Of a stretch of DNA of 64,000 nt, positions 60,677 through 64,000 are shown one piece after another (position 1 is the first letter of the stretch; each line of letters begins with the position of its first letter). Position numbers and translations under genes: made by a program. The notes beneath the pieces were generated by a model, which saw only the letters and a list, made by a program, of their open reading frames with translations, was not told where the DNA came from and did no database searches. Location of the stretch: the NCBI GenBank assembly GCA_020444515.1, contig JAHLKX010000003.1, positions 384,997-448,996 of the forward strand, in the 5' to 3' direction. Source of the stretch: Bacteroidota bacterium (GTDB taxonomy: Bacteria > Bacteroidota > Bacteroidia > Bacteroidales > JAADJA01).

Positions 60677-61909
60677 TCATTCATCCCGCAAAGCAACAAC
60701 CGGTTTTATGGATGCTGCTTTTCGAGCCGGGAAAAAACCCGCTAGTAATCCAGCTATAATCAAAACCAGGGTTGCATAAATTGCCGTGCTGATATTTACT
60801 TCCGGATTCCTGAAAAATTCAGTTTGTATATAAGGATTGACCAGCTCCAATACTGCAACCCCCAATACCAGTCCCATATATCCGGCAATCCCGGTAATAA
60901 AAACCGACTCCTGCATTATCAAAAGGATGATGGACATCGGTGTAGCCCCCATCGACTTACGAATACCAATTTCTTTGGTCCGCTCTTTTACAGCGATCAT
61001 CATGATGTTGCTCACCCCAACAATACCCGCCACAATTGTCATGATTCCAATAACCCAAATAAACAATTCAATGACCGCAAAAAGGTCCATAAACTGTTTA
61101 AATTCCTGAACTCCATTCCAAATGAACATGGCCCTTTCATCCTCCTTTGCAAAATTGTGACGTTGTGCCAGCTTGGTGCGCACCTCATCTTCCATTCGCT
61201 TGCTATCCTCAACATCCCTTGAAGCTATAGTAATGGCCATTGTTTGAACCCTTTCTCTACCGATAAAAACTTTTTGAGCGGTGGTAATGGGCATATAAAC
61301 AACGCGCTGATTATCCTGTCTGCCATCGTCATCCTCAAAAACACCAACCACCTTAAAGGGAACACCTTTGACATTAATGTACTCGCCCAATGCAGGCTTC
61401 CCTTTAAATAAGGCATCCTGAACGGCAATTCCGATGGTGGCAACCTTTTGGGTTTGCTCAACATCATAAGGATTGATAAATCGACCCTCCAGGATTTTTA
61501 CTTTTTCGATAACGCCATAATCAGGATGGACACTCCGGATATCGAAATTTCCATATTCATTTTTATAAGAAATGGTATTATCACCCCAGATATGCGACCT
61601 CCCTGCCATGTATTCAATACCAGAAATATGGTTTTTAATGTCGGTGTAGTCTGCATTCTCAAAATTGATATCACGACCGGGTTTAAGACCTTTGTGCGCC
61701 ATGGAAGTCTCTCCTCCCCATACCCATAGTGTATTCACTGCCGATGATCCAAATTGCGATTTGACGCCATTTTCAAGACCCTGTCCAGAACCCAATAAAA
61801 TAATAAGCATGAAAATTCCCCACGCTACGCTAAAGCCTGTTAAGAAAGTTCGAAGTTTATTCTTCCTGATGGTACTAAAAATTTCTTCCCACCGGTCAAT
61901 GAAAAACAT
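60677..61909 (-). CDS. ABC transporter permease, MacB/FtsX family (paralogue)
   Basis: Same architecture (LRTFLTGFSVAWGIFMLIILL and KERTKEIGIRKSMGA). Confidence 0.9.
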   Translation of the reverse strand: MFFIDRWEEIFSTIRKNKLRTFLTGFSVAWGIFMLIILLGSGQGLENGVKSQFGSSAVNTLWVWGGETSMAHKGLKPGRDINFENADYTDIKNHISGIEYMAGRSHIWGDNTISYKNEYGNFDIRSVHPDYGVIEKVKILEGRFINPYDVEQTQKVATIGIAVQDALFKGKPALGEYINVKGVPFKVVGVFEDDDGRQDNQRVVYMPITTAQKVFIGRERVQTMAITIASRDVEDSKRMEDEVRTKLAQRHNFAKEDERAMFIWNGVQEFKQFMDLFAVIELFIWVIGIMTIVAGIVGVSNIMMIAVKERTKEIGIRKSMGATPMSIILLIMQESVFITGIAGYMGLVLGVAVLELVNPYIQTEFFRNPEVNISTAIYATLVLIIAGLLAGFFPARKAASIKPVVALRDE

Positions 61910-62025
61910 AGTGTGTTTGTTTTAATTAATGCCATTCCAAAACTACGAAAAAACAATAAATCCTAAATTGGACAGGTAATTGACGTCAACCATCGCAACC
62001 TTAAGAATGATGTCTTTTCGGGAAA

Positions 62026-63120
62026 TTAATCACCAAAACTGATCCCAATTCCTCTGGCAGTCTTCATAAGAGAAGTATCTGCCCCTACGAGATTGGGTGT
62101 TTGGATGGCTTCTTCAAGCGAGACCGATGTAATGTTCGGATGCCTGTATGAAACCATTTTCCCAAATTCATTGTTTAGAACCATTTCGAAGGCTTTTACC
62201 CCAAATTGGGTGGCCAGCACACGATCATAAGCAATTGGGATACCGCCCCTTTGTAAATGACCGAGTACGGTTGTTCGAATGCTGTGTTCGCAGCCCGCAT
62301 CTTTCAGTTCATTCATTAAAACATTTGCAACGCCTCCCAAACGGCGGTTCTCATATCCAATTTCCTGCTGGCTCAATGTGGAATAATCTTTACCACGAGC
62401 ATGTGCCCCTTCGGAAATAACAATGTTCACAAAGCCACGATCACGGGCAAAACGCTTATTGACTCGCTCCAGTACTTTATCCACATCGTAAGGAAATTCT
62501 GGCAGAAGACAAATTTCAGCACCACCAGCTACGGCAGCGTTGAGGGCGATCCAACCTGCATAGCGTCCCATCACCTCAAGGATTAAAACACGGTTGTGGC
62601 TGGCAGCAGTTGTTACCAGCTTATCAACAGCTTCTGTGGCTATTTGAACAGCAGTCTGGTATCCAAAGGTAGAATCCGTAGCTGATAAATCATTATCGAT
62701 TGTTTTAGGAACACCAATTACATTGCATCCCTTTTCAAAAAGTTTTTGAGAAATTCGCTGCGACCCATCCCCACCAATGTTAATGACTGCATCAATTCCA
62801 AGGTATTGCATTTTACGCAACATCTCATCACTGCGATCCACAGCCGACCAGGTCCCATCCTTATTTTTTACAGGCCAGGCAAACGGACCTCCCTTGTTTG
62901 TTGTTTGAATGATCGTACCACCCAGGTAATGAATTCCTGCAACTTTGTGTTCATCCAGAACAACAATTTCGGTTGGCTCACGCAAAATTCCATTAAATGC
63001 TTCAATGCTGCCAACAATCTCCCAGTCTTTTTCATGAGAAGCCCGCTTCACAATGGCTCTGATCACGGCATTGAGCCCAGGACAATCTCCTCCACCGGTC
63101 ACGATTAAGCATCTTTTCAT
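62026..63120 (-). CDS. pfkA: 6-phosphofructokinase
   Basis: Contains TGGGDCPGLNAVIRA, GGDGS, PKTIDNDL and MGRYAGW. The GGDGS motif suggests the ATP-dependent type, but specificity is not proven. Confidence 0.9.
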   Translation of the reverse strand: MKRCLIVTGGGDCPGLNAVIRAIVKRASHEKDWEIVGSIEAFNGILREPTEIVVLDEHKVAGIHYLGGTIIQTTNKGGPFAWPVKNKDGTWSAVDRSDEMLRKMQYLGIDAVINIGGDGSQRISQKLFEKGCNVIGVPKTIDNDLSATDSTFGYQTAVQIATEAVDKLVTTAASHNRVLILEVMGRYAGWIALNAAVAGGAEICLLPEFPYDVDKVLERVNKRFARDRGFVNIVISEGAHARGKDYSTLSQQEIGYENRRLGGVANVLMNELKDAGCEHSIRTTVLGHLQRGGIPIAYDRVLATQFGVKAFEMVLNNEFGKMVSYRHPNITSVSLEEAIQTPNLVGADTSLMKTARGIGISFGD

Positions 63121-63277
63121 ATAAAAAAATTTAAAATATCATTTCAAAAGTAATTAAGAAATCACAATGCAATCCTTAAAATTATATTAATCATTTAACT
63201 TTTGAAATCTTCGAAATACTATTAGGATATGGAAGATACTTTTATCAGAGAGTTATAATAGGCTCAAGGGATAATTA

Positions 63278-63886
63278 CTATTGCGCTATTTCAATAATTT
63301 CAGATATGGGTATTGCCTCCAGCAATTCTTCTACCTCATCAGTCGTGTTTTTGCCATGAATGGCAAAAGTCATCAAAGAATTACCGAAAGGCAGTTGCAC
63401 ATCAAATGAAACATCACCGGTTTCATCTTCGCTTTTTGTCAAAAGGGCTTTATAGCCATCCAATTTGATTCTTTTCTGATTGGGATCTGCTGCCATAAAA
63501 ACCGACATGCTAAGCATGGAGCTAATGGCTGAAAGCATGGGAGAGTCACTGATAATTTGAAAATTAAGGTCTCCTGTTTCACTTTGATAATCACGGTTTA
63601 CATAGAGACCGGCAAATCCCATATTGGTTCCAGTTACATTGTCCGATTCAGCAACTTTTTCCATGCCTCCGATACTTTCAGGCAATTTTTCTAGAATACC
63701 CTTCCCAATAGCCTGATTGATTCCATTCAGGGCTTCCTGGAGTGTAAATCGTGCATTTTCAAGACTGCCCTGTTCGTATGATGCACTGGCATCATCCAGC
63801 AATTGGGGAACATTATTCTGCGAGAGCACAATATTGCTGATCAAGATTACAGCCAATACAAAAGATAATAATACAGTTGTTTTCAT
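63278..63886 (-). CDS. Hypothetical secreted protein
   Basis: Signal peptide MKTTVLLSFVLAVILISNIVLSQ. No domain was recognised. Confidence 0.6.
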   Translation of the reverse strand: MKTTVLLSFVLAVILISNIVLSQNNVPQLLDDASASYEQGSLENARFTLQEALNGINQAIGKGILEKLPESIGGMEKVAESDNVTGTNMGFAGLYVNRDYQSETGDLNFQIISDSPMLSAISSMLSMSVFMAADPNQKRIKLDGYKALLTKSEDETGDVSFDVQLPFGNSLMTFAIHGKNTTDEVEELLEAIPISEIIEIAQ

Positions 63887-64000
63887 TTTTCTCCCAATTG
63901 ATTTTTAATGTTTGACAATTCAATTTCATTGGATGCACTCATAAAATCATCCTCAGTGCTGAAATTTACACCTTCGGTTACCAGCACAGATGACTGACCG
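63883..64000 (-). CDS. 3' end of an unidentified upstream gene (partial), with its stop overlapping the next start (ATGA)
   Basis: My own minus-strand translation gives ...GQSSVLVTEGVNFSTEDDFMSASNEIELSNIKNQLGEK*, open to the window edge. Its TGA at 63883..63885 overlaps the ATG at 63884..63886. Confidence 0.35.
   Translation of the reverse strand, partial: GQSSVLVTEGVNFSTEDDFMSASNEIELSNIKNQLGEK

Overview
This window looks like a chromosomal segment of a Bacteroidota bacterium. The evidence is several proteins ending in T9SS C-terminal sorting domains, a PorV gene, a fused ccoNO cbb3 oxidase gene, and repeated TAnnTTTG (-7) promoter boxes. Most of it is housekeeping: partial yicC, guaB, three parvulin/SurA-type chaperone genes, MoxR ATPase, a cbb3 oxidase biogenesis cluster (ccoI, ccoS, ccoNO, ccoQ, ccoP, ccoG, fixH, TauE-like), katG, psd, a TrpB2-type tryptophan synthase beta, an M48 protease, two tandem alanine/glycine:cation symporters, crcB-DUF190, porV, ispF, dnaB, aconitase, a TPR histidine kinase, TonB, two MacB/FtsX-type permeases and pfkA. 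I found no rRNA, tRNA, CRISPR array, integrase or transposase. The accessory-looking parts are (i) 2.6-12.6 kb, an array of T9SS cargo genes with a HigBA-like toxin-antitoxin pair inserted between paralogues, and (ii) 19.1-23.5 kb, a four-gene minus-strand envelope operon of unknown function that includes a signal-peptide ankyrin-repeat protein with a beta-barrel-like C-terminus. The best-supported non-annotated signal is a ribosome-mediated Trp attenuator upstream of the stand-alone TrpB2 gene: a 19-codon leader with three consecutive Trp codons plus an intrinsic terminator. Other items worth a second look are an in-frame TAG splitting a T9SS cargo gene, a fused versus split domain pair among the cargo paralogues, an 11-copy 8-bp tandem repeat, a C6/C6/G6 hairpin insertion inside a T9SS sorting-domain coding region, and a CTCTGTG/CACAGAG repeat element between convergent genes. 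I do not see a clear-cut novel defence or mobile system. The envelope operon and the cargo family are the best candidates for undescribed biology, and both are inferences from sequence alone.
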